A DNA stretch of 64,000 nucleotides from Candidatus Anstonellaceae archaeon (GCA_038891035.1 JAWAEW010000005.1:1425-65424), one strand, 5' to 3'; numbered from the stretch's first letter, positions 10,089 through 20,542 are shown. Program-made: numbers and translations. Notes: generated by a model from the sequence alone, not told the origin.

Positions 10089-11126
10089 ATGGAGGAAGAG
10101 ATTGAGGCAATTGCAAGGCAAATCCAAAGCATTTCTTTGGAGAGGCAGCAGTTTGCAAAACTTCTTAGAGGCGAAAATTGCTGCTTTGAACAGATGCTAG
10201 AGAAACAGCTTTATTATAGAGTAGAACCCGCCAAAGCCGAAGGAAAAGTTGCTGCAGTGGATTGTGGAATTGTTGGGCAAGAATTTCATGGCTTTGATTT
10301 TCTTGTCTCTAGAACTGTTGGTGTAGTTTTTGAGTATCAAGAAAACAAGCCGAAGAAGCATTGGTATTTTCCATCTGCTTCTCCTACCTTGAAATACGAT
10401 ATAAGGGGAGGGCTTGAAAATTATGAGCTTGCTTGGCATAAAAGCTTATTTAGGCTCAAAAATGAGATTTTGTGTGCTGCTGAACTAATTTCAAAGCATA
10501 AACCAGAATACCTTTTTTTGGACGGTTCGATAGCCCCACTTATATCAGACAAGCCTTCCGAAGAATCGCAGATGCTGCCACTTTATAAGGAGGTGATAGA
10601 GCTTTACAAACACTTATATGAGTCGTGCTTAAAATCAAGCTGCACTTTATGTGGGATAATCAAAGATAGCAGAAGCAAAAGATTTGTAGAGATAGTTAGC
10701 AAGCACCCGCAAATTGGAGAAAAGCTGAAAAACACCGCTGACAGCAATTTTCTTTTTTTCCTGCTTCAGCAAGGTGAGAGGACATGCGCATTTGAATACT
10801 CATCCTGCAAGCATCATGTATTGAAGGATCTTGGGGAGTGGGCAGACAAAATTATCTCGTTTTATATTAAGCCCGTTGAAAACGATCGGCCACTACGTGT
10901 AGAATTTCTTTCAAATTCTCGCTCATTTTCTGAAATAGCCTCATTTGTGCATACTTTATCTTGCCTGCATAAAGCTTATGCCTATCCTGCAATATTGATT
11001 GAAGCTGACTTGAGGGCTGCACTTTCTTATGAAGAGGTCGAGCGAACCTATGGGCTTTTGTTTTCCAAGCTTAAAGGAATTCCCGAACTGTGGAAGCTTA
11101 GAAGGAACATGCGTCCTTTTCGCTAA
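10089..11126 (+). CDS. nurA: NurA-family DNA double-strand-break repair nuclease
   Basis: AAVDCG, RLKNE, FLDGSI, GIIKDSRS, PLRVEF, YPAILIEAD. Confidence 0.85.
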   Translation: MEEEIEAIARQIQSISLERQQFAKLLRGENCCFEQMLEKQLYYRVEPAKAEGKVAAVDCGIVGQEFHGFDFLVSRTVGVVFEYQENKPKKHWYFPSASPTLKYDIRGGLENYELAWHKSLFRLKNEILCAAELISKHKPEYLFLDGSIAPLISDKPSEESQMLPLYKEVIELYKHLYESCLKSSCTLCGIIKDSRSKRFVEIVSKHPQIGEKLKNTADSNFLFFLLQQGERTCAFEYSSCKHHVLKDLGEWADKIISFYIKPVENDRPLRVEFLSNSRSFSEIASFVHTLSCLHKAYAYPAILIEADLRAALSYEEVERTYGLLFSKLKGIPELWKLRRNMRPFR

Positions 11127-11158
11127 GCCTTATATTGCTCTAAGTCAAAAACGCAATT

Positions 11159-11353
11159 ATGGATTGGATAGGAAGACCTGTGGCAGAAGGAGAAGAGTAC
11201 GAAGTAAACATTGAGGCAAAAGGGGCAAGAGGCGACGGAATTACGCATATCGAAGGCTTTGTGGTGTTTGTTCCAGGCGCAGAAGTGGGAAAGAAGGTAA
11301 AAATAAGAATCAAAACAGTAAAGAGAACGTTTGCAGTAGCTGAAATAGTATAA
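11159..11353 (+). CDS. Single-TRAM-domain RNA-binding protein
   Basis: [22 protein letters not shown]...GFVVFVPG...FAVAEIV. Confidence 0.9.
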   Translation: MDWIGRPVAEGEEYEVNIEAKGARGDGITHIEGFVVFVPGAEVGKKVKIRIKTVKRTFAVAEIV

Positions 11354-11419
11354 GTATTTATTAAATTTTCGCAAATGCCATAGGAAATATTTAAAAATAA
11401 ATTTGGCAAAAGCCTGCAT

Positions 11420-13171
11420 GTGTGCGGGATAATTGGCTATGTTGGCTTTAGAAAAGCATCGCCTATAATTCATCAAGGCTTGCTTGCGCTTGAATATAGA
11501 GGATATGACTCCGCAGGAATTGCGATTTTGAATCAAAATGAGTTGAAAGTTGTAAAGGATGCTGGAAGAATTGAGCAGGTGAATGCACGGCATCGCTTTG
11601 AGCTTGTTGAAGGCAAAACAGGGATCGGACATACTAGATGGGCTACACACGGTGGGGTAAGCCAAAAAAATGCTCATCCTCACCAAGACTGCGAAGGCGA
11701 AATTGCCCTGGTGCACAATGGAGTGATTGAAAATTTTGACGAGCTTAAGATGAAACTGATTTCGCTGGGGCATGTATTTTCATCCGAAACAGATACTGAG
11801 GTTATTGCGCATCTTTTTGAGCAGGAACTTAAGAAAAAAAGCACCAAAAAAGCCTTTTTTAGGGCAATCTCGCTTCTTTCTGGCAGCTGGGCTGTTGCAG
11901 CAATAAAGAGAGGGGAAAATGCAATATATTTGGCACGAAATGGCTCTCCACTAATAATTGGGATTGGAAATGGTGAAATGTTTTGTGCAAGCGATGTGCC
12001 TGCCCTTTTGCCTTATACCAACAAAGTAATATACCTTGAAAATGGTGACAGAGCTGTAATTACTCCAAGCAGCTACCGAATATATGGCAAAGACGGGAAT
12101 ATCGTACGCCGAAAAATACACGAAGTTGAATGGACCCTCTCAATGGCGCAAAAGGGAGGATACTCACATTTTATGCTTAAGGAAATATACGAGCAGAAGG
12201 AGAAGGTAAGTGAGGCCTTGGCAGCAGATGTTGCAGAAGCAATTCAGCTTCTCAAAGGTCAAAAAAGTATATGTGTGGTTGCATGCGGAAGCTCTTATTA
12301 TGCAGGGCTGGCTTTGAAAGGACTTCTTCAGCAAAATGGGGTAGTTGTTGATGTAATTTTGGGCTCGGAATTTGCTTATCTTTGGTCAAGAAAAGAGAAA
12401 GTAGTAATTGCGATTAGCCAGTCAGGTGAAACCGCGGATACTCTTTCTGCAGTAAGGATTGCAAAAAGCCATGGGGCAAAAATAATTGCAATTACCAATG
12501 TCGCTGGGAGTTCGCTTTACCGAGAAGCTGATGTAAATGTCCTAATTGGGGCAGGGCCGGAAATAGCAGTGGTAGCAACCAAGTCTTTTACTTGCCAGCT
12601 TGCAGTGCTTATTAAGATTGCAATGTGGCTTTCCTCAAAGAAACATCAGATTGCTAAACTTCATCTTCTTGCCGGGAAGATAGATGAGATAATAAGGCAG
12701 ATAGAAAAAATAAAGGAAATTGCGGATTTAATTTCTGAAAAAAGAGATTTCTTTTTCATAGGGAGAGATCTTGCCTTTCCGACCGCACTTGAAGGAGCGC
12801 TAAAGCTAAAAGAAATAACCTATCTTCATGCAGAGGCTTATGCAGCAGGAGAACTTAAGCACGGCCCTCTTTCACTTCTTGATGAAAATGTAGTTGTGGT
12901 GGCACTTGCTCCAGCAAATCAAAGCCTGCCGAAAATGCTTTCAAACATTCAAGAATGCAAAGCTCGAGGAGCAAAGGTAATTGTATTTTCCGATAGCAAA
13001 GAAGCTCTTGCCGAAGGAGAAATTGGATTTAATATGCCTCCTTGCCAGCCGTTCGAAATCCCAATAATTTATGTTGTTCCTTTGCAGCTTTTGGCTTATT
13101 TTGTGGCAGTAAAACATGGGAAAGACCCAGACAAGCCAAGAAATCTTGCAAAGTCCGTCACTGTAGAATAA
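11420..13171 (+). CDS. glmS: Glutamine-fructose-6-phosphate transaminase
   Basis: MCGIIG (GTG start), LEYRGYDSAG, GHTRWATHG, SQSGETADT, PRNLAKSVTVE. Confidence 0.97.
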   Translation: MCGIIGYVGFRKASPIIHQGLLALEYRGYDSAGIAILNQNELKVVKDAGRIEQVNARHRFELVEGKTGIGHTRWATHGGVSQKNAHPHQDCEGEIALVHNGVIENFDELKMKLISLGHVFSSETDTEVIAHLFEQELKKKSTKKAFFRAISLLSGSWAVAAIKRGENAIYLARNGSPLIIGIGNGEMFCASDVPALLPYTNKVIYLENGDRAVITPSSYRIYGKDGNIVRRKIHEVEWTLSMAQKGGYSHFMLKEIYEQKEKVSEALAADVAEAIQLLKGQKSICVVACGSSYYAGLALKGLLQQNGVVVDVILGSEFAYLWSRKEKVVIAISQSGETADTLSAVRIAKSHGAKIIAITNVAGSSLYREADVNVLIGAGPEIAVVATKSFTCQLAVLIKIAMWLSSKKHQIAKLHLLAGKIDEIIRQIEKIKEIADLISEKRDFFFIGRDLAFPTALEGALKLKEITYLHAEAYAAGELKHGPLSLLDENVVVVALAPANQSLPKMLSNIQECKARGAKVIVFSDSKEALAEGEIGFNMPPCQPFEIPIIYVVPLQLLAYFVAVKHGKDPDKPRNLAKSVTVE

Positions 13172-13216
13172 AGGTTTTTAAATTGTTATTAAAGATAAAA
13201 ACATGTGGGTGAGCTT

Positions 13217-13777
13217 ATGTTCAAAAATAAAACGCAAAAGTACGAAATAGAAAGACAGCCATTTGCACATTATGTGAAAAAGGAGATTGTAAGAGGCGTA
13301 CGTGTCAAGCTGCCTGTTTTCAAGGCTTTGATAATTAGGAGATTCAAGTCTAACCCGCACAGTGCTGCGGAATTTTATGAAAGAAAAGGCCTGGATTCAA
13401 ACAGCCTGTATGCTCTTTACTTTGCCACATTTGCATACGAAGAAAAAAGGCAGGAAGCAGAAAAAAAGATTGAAGAGATGAAGAAGGAGCATGAAAAGGA
13501 GATACACTCTTTGATGGAAAAGAAAACCAGCATAGAAAAAAGAATTGAAAACATGCATAAGGTTAACTCCTCTGCCAAGGATGAAGGAATGTCTTACGAT
13601 ATCTATCTTTTGGAAAGCCTAACGAAAAGGTTGGGAATGGTTATAAAAGAGAAAAAAGAAGCATTTGAAGAAACTTTAAAACAAAAAGCAGAGGAGTTTC
13701 AAAAAGCAGCACTTGCTGAAAGCGTTGAGAGGCTCAAAAAACTGCTGGAGCATGCAAGAAAGATAAACAAAGTGTGA
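13217..13777 (+). CDS. Hypothetical charged coiled-coil protein
   Basis: SD GGGTGA before ATG 13217; K/E-rich C-half. Confidence 0.6.
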   Translation: MFKNKTQKYEIERQPFAHYVKKEIVRGVRVKLPVFKALIIRRFKSNPHSAAEFYERKGLDSNSLYALYFATFAYEEKRQEAEKKIEEMKKEHEKEIHSLMEKKTSIEKRIENMHKVNSSAKDEGMSYDIYLLESLTKRLGMVIKEKKEAFEETLKQKAEEFQKAALAESVERLKKLLEHARKINKV

Positions 13778-13832
13778 CTCCGAAAAGGCAACAATTTTAA
13801 GTGCATCTTCTGATTTTTTAGTTGGTGGTTTA

Positions 13833-14081
13833 GTGGTAACTATTAGGAGAAATTTCACATGCAAGTGCGGCGCAACTGCATCATTTGAGTTCAGCTCAGA
13901 CATGCCTGTGGATGAAATTTCAGTTTCAGGTAAATGCCAAAGATGCTCTTCGAACATACACATAGCATTTTCTTCATTATTAGTTCAGCCCCAGCAAAAT
14001 CAGCCTCCATTGGGCTTGAAAGAAGAAAGTAAAGAAGTAAGTGAAAATATTGAACAGGCTGTAAGGGATTTGTTCAGGTAG
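13833..14081 (+). CDS. Small putative zinc-ribbon protein
   Basis: CKC...CQRC; SD-like GGTGG upstream. Confidence 0.6.
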   Translation: MVTIRRNFTCKCGATASFEFSSDMPVDEISVSGKCQRCSSNIHIAFSSLLVQPQQNQPPLGLKEESKEVSENIEQAVRDLFR

Positions 14082-15345
14082 CCTTTATTTTATATTTGTT
14101 TGCTTGTCTGACCAGATTATCCATCTCAAAGGCAATTGTGCCAAGATGCCGTTCTGAATTTTTTGGTCGGCTGCTGATGCGCTGAGACATCTCTCCAGCC
14201 TCATTTACCAAATTGAGTGCATTGCTATAGATTTCAAAAAGATCGTTGTGGAATGACATTTTAGCAGTTTGCCTATCATTTATAATATTTTGGATCTTGT
14301 CAAAATCAGAATAAATCTTTTCCAGAAGCTGCTTTCTTGCATTTTGAAGGGCGTTTGGGGGATTAATGGTTCCTTCCATTTTTAATTTATTGGCCAGATT
14401 GAAAAGCTGATCTGAAATTGAAGGTATACTATAATTTTGGGTGGAATCATACTTCTTAATAAGAAGTGGGTTGAGGAGGGTATCTAGCTCGCGTGCTGCT
14501 GCAGCTGACAATTTAGTGCTGAACTTCTTGAATGAAAGATTTAGGAATATTAGATTTGACAAAATAGCCACACCTGGTTTGCTGGTTAGTGCTTTCCCGA
14601 CTACAACCAAAACTGAGAATACGTCTGTTATAGCCTTTGAAAAGCCTACTATTATATTGCTGCCGATTGAAGAATAAATAGCACCTGCCGCAAAAAATAC
14701 TCCGCCGATTACAAACAATTTCTTGTATACTCCATATACTGCTTCTTTTATGCCCTTTTTTATACCATCAAAAAGCGAAAGGAGTAGAAAATTAGATTCT
14801 GAAGTGGGGACCTGAAATTCCTTGCTTTTTCTGATAAATGAAACGATGTTTTCTGTAAATAGGACTGCCGCAAGCGCTATAAAGGAAGAGATAGGATTGT
14901 TCCAGATTAATTTAGCTATATCCTGACCGAATTTTGCAACATTTGACAGTGACTGATTGACAAGAATATCTACAGCACCTACTATAACCGTAGTTCTGAT
15001 TGCAGTTTCTGCAATGTTTTTAACGGTAGTTCGATTGACTATTACCGAAGTCACACAGCGAATAGATTCTTTGAGAGAATCAAATAGAGAATCAGATTGT
15101 CCATTGTTCATTTTGGCTGGGAATTTTGATTCTTCTTCAGCTTTGTTATATTGGAGAGTGTTTTCATCGCTGGCTTGCTGATTTGTAGTCTTACAAAAAA
15201 TTTCTTCATTGTCGCTACGAAATTGATTTTCCGGTTCTTTCTTCTTACTAAAATGATTAAAGAACTCCCAGAATCGTTTGCGAGACTGCCTTTCATTTGT
15301 TTCAGGGTGGCTAGAGGAATTATATTTCTTTCTGAATATGGACAT
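14074..15345 (-). CDS. Hypothetical membrane protein, AT-rich
   Basis: 423-aa ORF, SD AGGTGA, central hydrophobic segments; no recognised motif. Confidence 0.7.
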   Translation of the reverse strand: MSIFRKKYNSSSHPETNERQSRKRFWEFFNHFSKKKEPENQFRSDNEEIFCKTTNQQASDENTLQYNKAEEESKFPAKMNNGQSDSLFDSLKESIRCVTSVIVNRTTVKNIAETAIRTTVIVGAVDILVNQSLSNVAKFGQDIAKLIWNNPISSFIALAAVLFTENIVSFIRKSKEFQVPTSESNFLLLSLFDGIKKGIKEAVYGVYKKLFVIGGVFFAAGAIYSSIGSNIIVGFSKAITDVFSVLVVVGKALTSKPGVAILSNLIFLNLSFKKFSTKLSAAAARELDTLLNPLLIKKYDSTQNYSIPSISDQLFNLANKLKMEGTINPPNALQNARKQLLEKIYSDFDKIQNIINDRQTAKMSFHNDLFEIYSNALNLVNEAGEMSQRISSRPKNSERHLGTIAFEMDNLVRQANKYKIKAT

Positions 15346-15417
15346 AAATTCACCTTTATCTAAATTTTAGACGAGAAACATTTAAAAATATTTCACGAAA
15401 ATTCATTTTTTATAACA

Positions 15418-16239
15418 TTAAAAGCCAAAAAGGGTGGACAGCTCTGCTGCGCTTTCAATTACAAAGTTTGGTTTGTCAGATGAAGGGGCACGAAGCACAT
15501 CTTCTTTTTTTGCAATTCCAGAAAGCACGAGAACAGATTTCATTCCTAGCTTGTTTGCCATCCGTATGTCAATATCCAATCTATCCCCCACAAAAACTGT
15601 CTTTTTTGGGTCGAGCTTGTGTGAAGAAAGCAGAAGATGAAGAAGATAGGGCGATGGCTTCCCGACTACAAAATCTGGCTTTCTTCCAGTAGCAAAAATA
15701 AGAGAAGCTGCAATTGCGCCACTTCCTGGTGCAGGCCCTTCTTCAGTAGGCCAGGATGGATCGTTGTTTGCAAGCAGAAAAAATGCTCCAGCATTCAGGC
15801 AAAGTGCGGCTTTTTTCAGCTTTTCATAAGTAAGATGCCTGTCAAGCCCTGAAACTACTACTTCGGCATCGATGCTTTCCGTAAGTTTTGCGCAAGCAAA
15901 CGAGGAAAGTTCCTCCTTCAGGCCGCTTTCTCCAATCACAAATGCCTTCGCCCCTTTGCCGAATTTTTCAAGCACAAAATAAGCACAGCCAAAAGAAGAA
16001 GTCATTACATTGGTTTTTTGCGTAGTTATACCGAATGATGCAAGATGGGAGACCAAGGATGCTCTACTTTTTGTGCTGTTGTTTGTGAGGAAAAGGATGG
16101 GCAACTGTTTTTGCAAGTAGCTTATTTCCTGCGGAACTCCGGCAATTGGCTTCGAACCTATATAAACTACTCCATCTAAATCAAAAACTATTGCAGAAGG
16201 TTTAAGCTGCTTGTGTTGCTTTAGATTATGCTGTTGCAT
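15418..16239 (-). CDS. HAD-IIA (NagD-like) phosphatase
   Basis: FDLDGV, LTNNS, GKP, VGDRLDID. Confidence 0.92.
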   Translation of the reverse strand: MQQHNLKQHKQLKPSAIVFDLDGVVYIGSKPIAGVPQEISYLQKQLPILFLTNNSTKSRASLVSHLASFGITTQKTNVMTSSFGCAYFVLEKFGKGAKAFVIGESGLKEELSSFACAKLTESIDAEVVVSGLDRHLTYEKLKKAALCLNAGAFFLLANNDPSWPTEEGPAPGSGAIAASLIFATGRKPDFVVGKPSPYLLHLLLSSHKLDPKKTVFVGDRLDIDIRMANKLGMKSVLVLSGIAKKEDVLRAPSSDKPNFVIESAAELSTLFGF

Positions 16240-16301
16240 TGCTTCACACTTTGCTTTTTCCTACCGCAAAACCTTTAAACCAATTTTGCTGGTGCTTGAC
16301 T

Positions 16302-17882
16302 TTATCCTAGAGAATAAACGTGCTGTTTTATTTTGTATGTTTTGTCAAGTTGTTGGTTTAAGTCTGAAAGAAGCATCTCTTTTACTTTCAGATACTGGTC
16401 TTTTGGAAGCGGGCAATTCCCTACTGCATAGGAAAGATTTTTCACATTGAAGCAGAGTATGCAATTGTGACAGTTTTCAATATTGTGGCAAAAATAGCAA
16501 TCCGAGCAGCTCCTTCCGGAATCTACTTCAAAGCATCGAGACAGATTCTTTGAAAAGTAGCATTTTATGCAAAATGCCGAAGAAAGCCCACATCCGTAAG
16601 AGCCAAAAATAGCCTCTGAGTTTCTTGGCCAAAAGTTATAAGCGCAGTATTTGGCCTTTATGTTGATTACATTCATGAAGCAGTTGGAGGAGTCTATTGA
16701 GGTTGGACAGTCTATGCAATTTTTGTTATTTCCTACTGTCCAGATTGGGCAAAAGAAAGCAATTTTGCTGATTGCAGATGCAGCATTTGAAAGGGAGATA
16801 CGGTTTACTTCTTCTTTGGATATCGAAAGTTGTGCAGCGATTTCTGCCTCATGCTCAAGCAGAAGCCTTTCATTTGGAAATTTGAAAAACAATGCATAAT
16901 CTGGCACCAATATCCTTTTGCCGCTGATGCAGGATTTTTCTTCCTTGAAAAGCGCGCCTTGCTCCAAAAGCCAGCTTTCATATTGCCTCATTGGGCTTCT
17001 GGGTTTGCCAAGCACTATTTTGCATGCCTCAGCAAAAACAGAACTAACAGAAGATAAATCTTTTGCTTCGGGAGCTAATTTTTGGTTTTTTTCCATTAAT
17101 TTTTCCAAACCATCTCGGTTTGGTTCATGCAAAGAGGCGATCTCAAACAAAGATGGAAGGCTTTTTGTCTCAGAAAGCCAATCGCGCATTTCTTCGAGCA
17201 GCTTGGCTTTGATTTTGTAATATTCATCTTTTGTAAGCTGGAGATTTCCTATGCAGTAGCTTTTGTTTTTCAGCCCAAAGCAAAAAATACATTCTCTGCA
17301 TCCTGAAAGACTGTGAGAAAAGTAAATGTCGGATGAGTAATCAACCTTGTGCACTTCCATTGTCCTCTGGCAAAGATAATTGTTTGAGCGTATTCCAAAA
17401 GAGGAGGAGGCACATTGGCAGCCAAAAAGGCATTCTGAATAAAGGCAGTGTGTCGAATAAGCGACATATTTGGATTCGAAAATCTGCTCAGAACGATACA
17501 CAAAATGAGAATCTACTACATAAGTTGATGATTCTACTTGGTTGCAATTGCCAAGTACAATACTTCCAGCATATACGATATTTTCTTTTACTGCTTCAAT
17601 AAGTGAGTCCAGATCTTTGCACTTGTTTATTGAAATGGATGGGCTTCTTGCATCAAAATTTATGTCTTCAAATGCAATCCACTTCGAGCCCAAGTATGGT
17701 ATTGCGCCATATACTGCAGTCTTTCCATTTACTTGCCTTTCCAGCGAAGGCCTCTTAAAGGATGAAAGCCATTCTGAAAAATCTTCAAGTTCACCTACTT
17801 CTCCTCCAAGAAGCACCTTGCAAGTCTCTTTCCATTTCTTGTTCAAATGAGAATATAATTTGCTTTTTAGCTCATTTTGCAT
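16302..17882 (-). CDS. Cys-rich internally duplicated protein, paralog A
   Basis: Two ~260-aa units, each ending CxxCxxCF..KN..Y..GN..L.K..Y; ATG 17882 chosen because longer ORF overlaps the divergent gene. Confidence 0.8.
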   Translation of the reverse strand: MQNELKSKLYSHLNKKWKETCKVLLGGEVGELEDFSEWLSSFKRPSLERQVNGKTAVYGAIPYLGSKWIAFEDINFDARSPSISINKCKDLDSLIEAVKENIVYAGSIVLGNCNQVESSTYVVDSHFVYRSEQIFESKYVAYSTHCLYSECLFGCQCASSSFGIRSNNYLCQRTMEVHKVDYSSDIYFSHSLSGCRECIFCFGLKNKSYCIGNLQLTKDEYYKIKAKLLEEMRDWLSETKSLPSLFEIASLHEPNRDGLEKLMEKNQKLAPEAKDLSSVSSVFAEACKIVLGKPRSPMRQYESWLLEQGALFKEEKSCISGKRILVPDYALFFKFPNERLLLEHEAEIAAQLSISKEEVNRISLSNAASAISKIAFFCPIWTVGNNKNCIDCPTSIDSSNCFMNVINIKAKYCAYNFWPRNSEAIFGSYGCGLSSAFCIKCYFSKNLSRCFEVDSGRSCSDCYFCHNIENCHNCILCFNVKNLSYAVGNCPLPKDQYLKVKEMLLSDLNQQLDKTYKIKQHVYSLG

Positions 17883-17907
17883 GTGACAAGTTGTTTGATA
17901 GTTAGAA

Positions 17908-17940
17908 TTTAATAAGTAGTAGTCTAGTATAATACTACTA
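17908..17940. promoter_or_regulatory. Shared TATA box plus nested palindromic candidate operator
   Basis: TTTAATA 17908-17914 is 25 nt from both ATGs; TAGTAGT-N10-ACTACTA 17917-17940; TAGTAT-A-ATACTA 17925-17937. Confidence 0.6.
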
Positions 17941-18695
17941 TGGAGGAAAAGGCTTACCAAAATCTTGAAAGACGCATTTGCGATGCAGGACTAAGCATGA
18001 TGGAAAGCCGTACTTATCTTGCACTAGTCCAGCTTGGCCCTTCCCCTGCGTCTTCTATAATTAGGCTTGCTGGAATGCATAAGGCTACAGTTTATCAGGC
18101 ACTTCAGTCGCTGATAGAAAAGGGGCTTGTCTCGTTTACAATTGAAGGTAAAAGGAAAGTTTTTCGCCCTGCTGAACCAAGACTCCTTCTGGAGAAGCTT
18201 GCCGAAAAAGAGTCCTCTCTGGAGCAAGCCCTTCCTGACCTTGAAAGGATTTACAAAGCACATTCACTTGGAAAACAGCAAGTGAGCGTATATGTTGGGA
18301 AAGAAGGGATTAGGTCTGTGTTGAATTCCATGATAAGAGAGATTGGGCCTGGCGGGTTTTATTGTGATTTTGGAGTGTCTGGCCTTTTTAGGAAGGTGAT
18401 GGGCTCATATTTTACATTATGGCAAAAACTCAAGCGCAAAAAGAAGATAACATCATATGTCATTTTCAACGAGAAGCTGAGAAAGGACAAGGAATTTTTC
18501 AAAGAATATTTTGGCAAAGCAAGATTTTATCCTGAAAAGTACGAAAGCTTGACAGACACTATGATTTACAATGACACTGTAATACTGCTTATCTGGACTG
18601 CAAAGCCTCCGCTTGCGATTGTGATAAAAAGTAAGGAAAATGCAAAAAGCTACCTCAATCAATTCTGGCTGATGTGGGAAAAGGCTAAGCCTTAA
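17940..18695 (+). CDS. TrmB-family transcriptional regulator
   Basis: GLSMMESRTYLALVQLG...TVYQALQSLIEKGLV wHTH; C-terminal effector domain (YVGKEGI...IYND...FWLMWEKAK). Confidence 0.88.
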   Translation: MEEKAYQNLERRICDAGLSMMESRTYLALVQLGPSPASSIIRLAGMHKATVYQALQSLIEKGLVSFTIEGKRKVFRPAEPRLLLEKLAEKESSLEQALPDLERIYKAHSLGKQQVSVYVGKEGIRSVLNSMIREIGPGGFYCDFGVSGLFRKVMGSYFTLWQKLKRKKKITSYVIFNEKLRKDKEFFKEYFGKARFYPEKYESLTDTMIYNDTVILLIWTAKPPLAIVIKSKENAKSYLNQFWLMWEKAKP

Positions 18696-18761
18696 GCAGA
18701 CTAATTGTGCAGGACTAAACTTCTGCGTTAGAATATTAACACTTATTTCCAAAAAATAAGC

Positions 18762-20462
18762 ATGGCTCCTCTAAAAGAGATAATCAGAAAGCACACACTG
18801 AAAAATGCGTATGACCACGGTCAGGCTATTCCATCAAAAGTTATAGGGAAGGTTCTTGGGGAGTGGCCGCAAGCAAAAGAAGACTTGAAAGCTACGATGA
18901 AGATGATTGAAGAAGAAACAGCAAGAGTAAATGCTCTTTCAAAAGAGCAGATTGAAGAGGAGCTTGCTCAATTCTCCTTTGAAGAAAAGGTTGAGCAAAA
19001 AAAAGAGCTTACATTGCCTGAGGCAAAACAAGGGCAGGTAGTGACTCGATTCCCTCCAGAGCCTTCAGGATACCCACATATCGGACATGCCAAAGCCGCT
19101 TGGCTGGATTTCGAATGCGCGATGAAATACGAAGGAAAGATGATATTAAGGTTTGATGATACCAATCCAGAAAAGGAAAAGCAGGAATTTGTAGATGCAA
19201 TAAAGGAAGGACTTTCATGGCTTGGAATAAGATGGCACATGGAAACTTACACCTCGGACTATATGGAACTGCTTTACGGATATGCAGAAAAACTTCTTGA
19301 AACAAGGAAAGCCTATGTTTGCAGCTGTAGCCCACAAGAGATAAAGAAAGGAAGAGAAGCAGGGCAAGAATGCGCCTGTAGGGGCAGAACTGCTAATGAG
19401 AATTTGAGGTTATTTGAGCAGATGAAGATTGGCGATTTGGAGGAGGGAGCAGCAATCGTCCGCTTCATGGGCGACATGAAATCTGAAAATACCGTAATGA
19501 GGGACCCGACTCTACTCAGAATAGTAAAAACATCGCACTACAGACAAAAAACAAAATACTGCTGCTGGCCTTCTTATGACTTTTCAGCGCCGATACTTGA
19601 CTCAGTAGAAGGAGTAACACATGCAATGCGCACCAAAGAATACGAATTGAGAGATGCGCTTTATTTTGCAATCCTGGAAGCACTTGCTCTTCGCAAGCCG
19701 CATATGATAGAATTTGCAAGGCTGGAGATAAAAAATGCTCCAGTCTCAAAGAGGCTGATACTGCCGCTGGTCCAAGAAGGGAAAGTGGATGGGTTTTCTG
19801 ACCCGCGCCTGCCAACCTTGGCAGGATTAAAAAGGCGAGGAATTTTGCCTGAGGCGATAAAGGAATTTGTGCTTGAGTTTGGACTGTCGAAAGTGGAAAG
19901 CAAGCCAGGGTATGACAAGCTTCTTTGGTACAACAGAAAATATCTGGACAATAAGGCGATCAGAAGGTTTTTCGTGCCTGCACCGGTTCGGCTGGTTGTA
20001 GAGGGTGCGACCCCACAAGGAGTCTCACTTAGGAACCACCCCAATCTTGATCTTGGCAAGCGCACTATGATAGCAGGCAAAGAATTTTACATTGCTGGAC
20101 AGGATGCATCATCAATTGCTGAAGGAGAGGTTTTCCGCCTTAAAGAACTTTACAACGTAAAGCTTGTATCAAAAACAAAAGATGGTCTGCTTGCCTCCTT
20201 CGTCAGCCAGGAAGGCGCTGTTGAGAAAAAAATCCAGTGGGTTCCTGCTGAGGGGGCAGTCAGCTGCACTGTCTACAAGCCTGGAAAGCTTTTAGACGAA
20301 AATGGCCAGTTCAACCCAAAAAGCATGCTACAGGAGGAAGGCTATTGCGAGCCTTCGTGCATCAATCTTGCAGAAGGATCAGTTGTGCAGTTTGAAAGAT
20401 ATGGCTACTGTAGGCTAGATAGGAAAGAAGCTAGCAATCTGGTTTTCATATTCTCATGCTGA
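18762..20462 (+). CDS. gltX: Glutamyl-tRNA synthetase (archaeal type)
   Basis: TRFPPEPSGYPHIGH, RFDDTNP, VSKR, DPRLPT, QFERYGY. Confidence 0.96.
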   Translation: MAPLKEIIRKHTLKNAYDHGQAIPSKVIGKVLGEWPQAKEDLKATMKMIEEETARVNALSKEQIEEELAQFSFEEKVEQKKELTLPEAKQGQVVTRFPPEPSGYPHIGHAKAAWLDFECAMKYEGKMILRFDDTNPEKEKQEFVDAIKEGLSWLGIRWHMETYTSDYMELLYGYAEKLLETRKAYVCSCSPQEIKKGREAGQECACRGRTANENLRLFEQMKIGDLEEGAAIVRFMGDMKSENTVMRDPTLLRIVKTSHYRQKTKYCCWPSYDFSAPILDSVEGVTHAMRTKEYELRDALYFAILEALALRKPHMIEFARLEIKNAPVSKRLILPLVQEGKVDGFSDPRLPTLAGLKRRGILPEAIKEFVLEFGLSKVESKPGYDKLLWYNRKYLDNKAIRRFFVPAPVRLVVEGATPQGVSLRNHPNLDLGKRTMIAGKEFYIAGQDASSIAEGEVFRLKELYNVKLVSKTKDGLLASFVSQEGAVEKKIQWVPAEGAVSCTVYKPGKLLDENGQFNPKSMLQEEGYCEPSCINLAEGSVVQFERYGYCRLDRKEASNLVFIFSC

Positions 20463-20542
20463 GCTTCTGCAAAAAACAAATAACTCAAATATGAGTAATA
20501 AAGATAAAAACAGCCAGTTCGGAGTTTGAGATGGTGGTTTGG

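Noticed and set aside
11354..11422. Possible glmS ribozyme, or a frameshift at the glmS start (ATGTGTGC)
   Set aside because: The gap is only about 66 nt and AT-rich; in-frame GTG gives the required Met-Cys-Gly start without a frameshift
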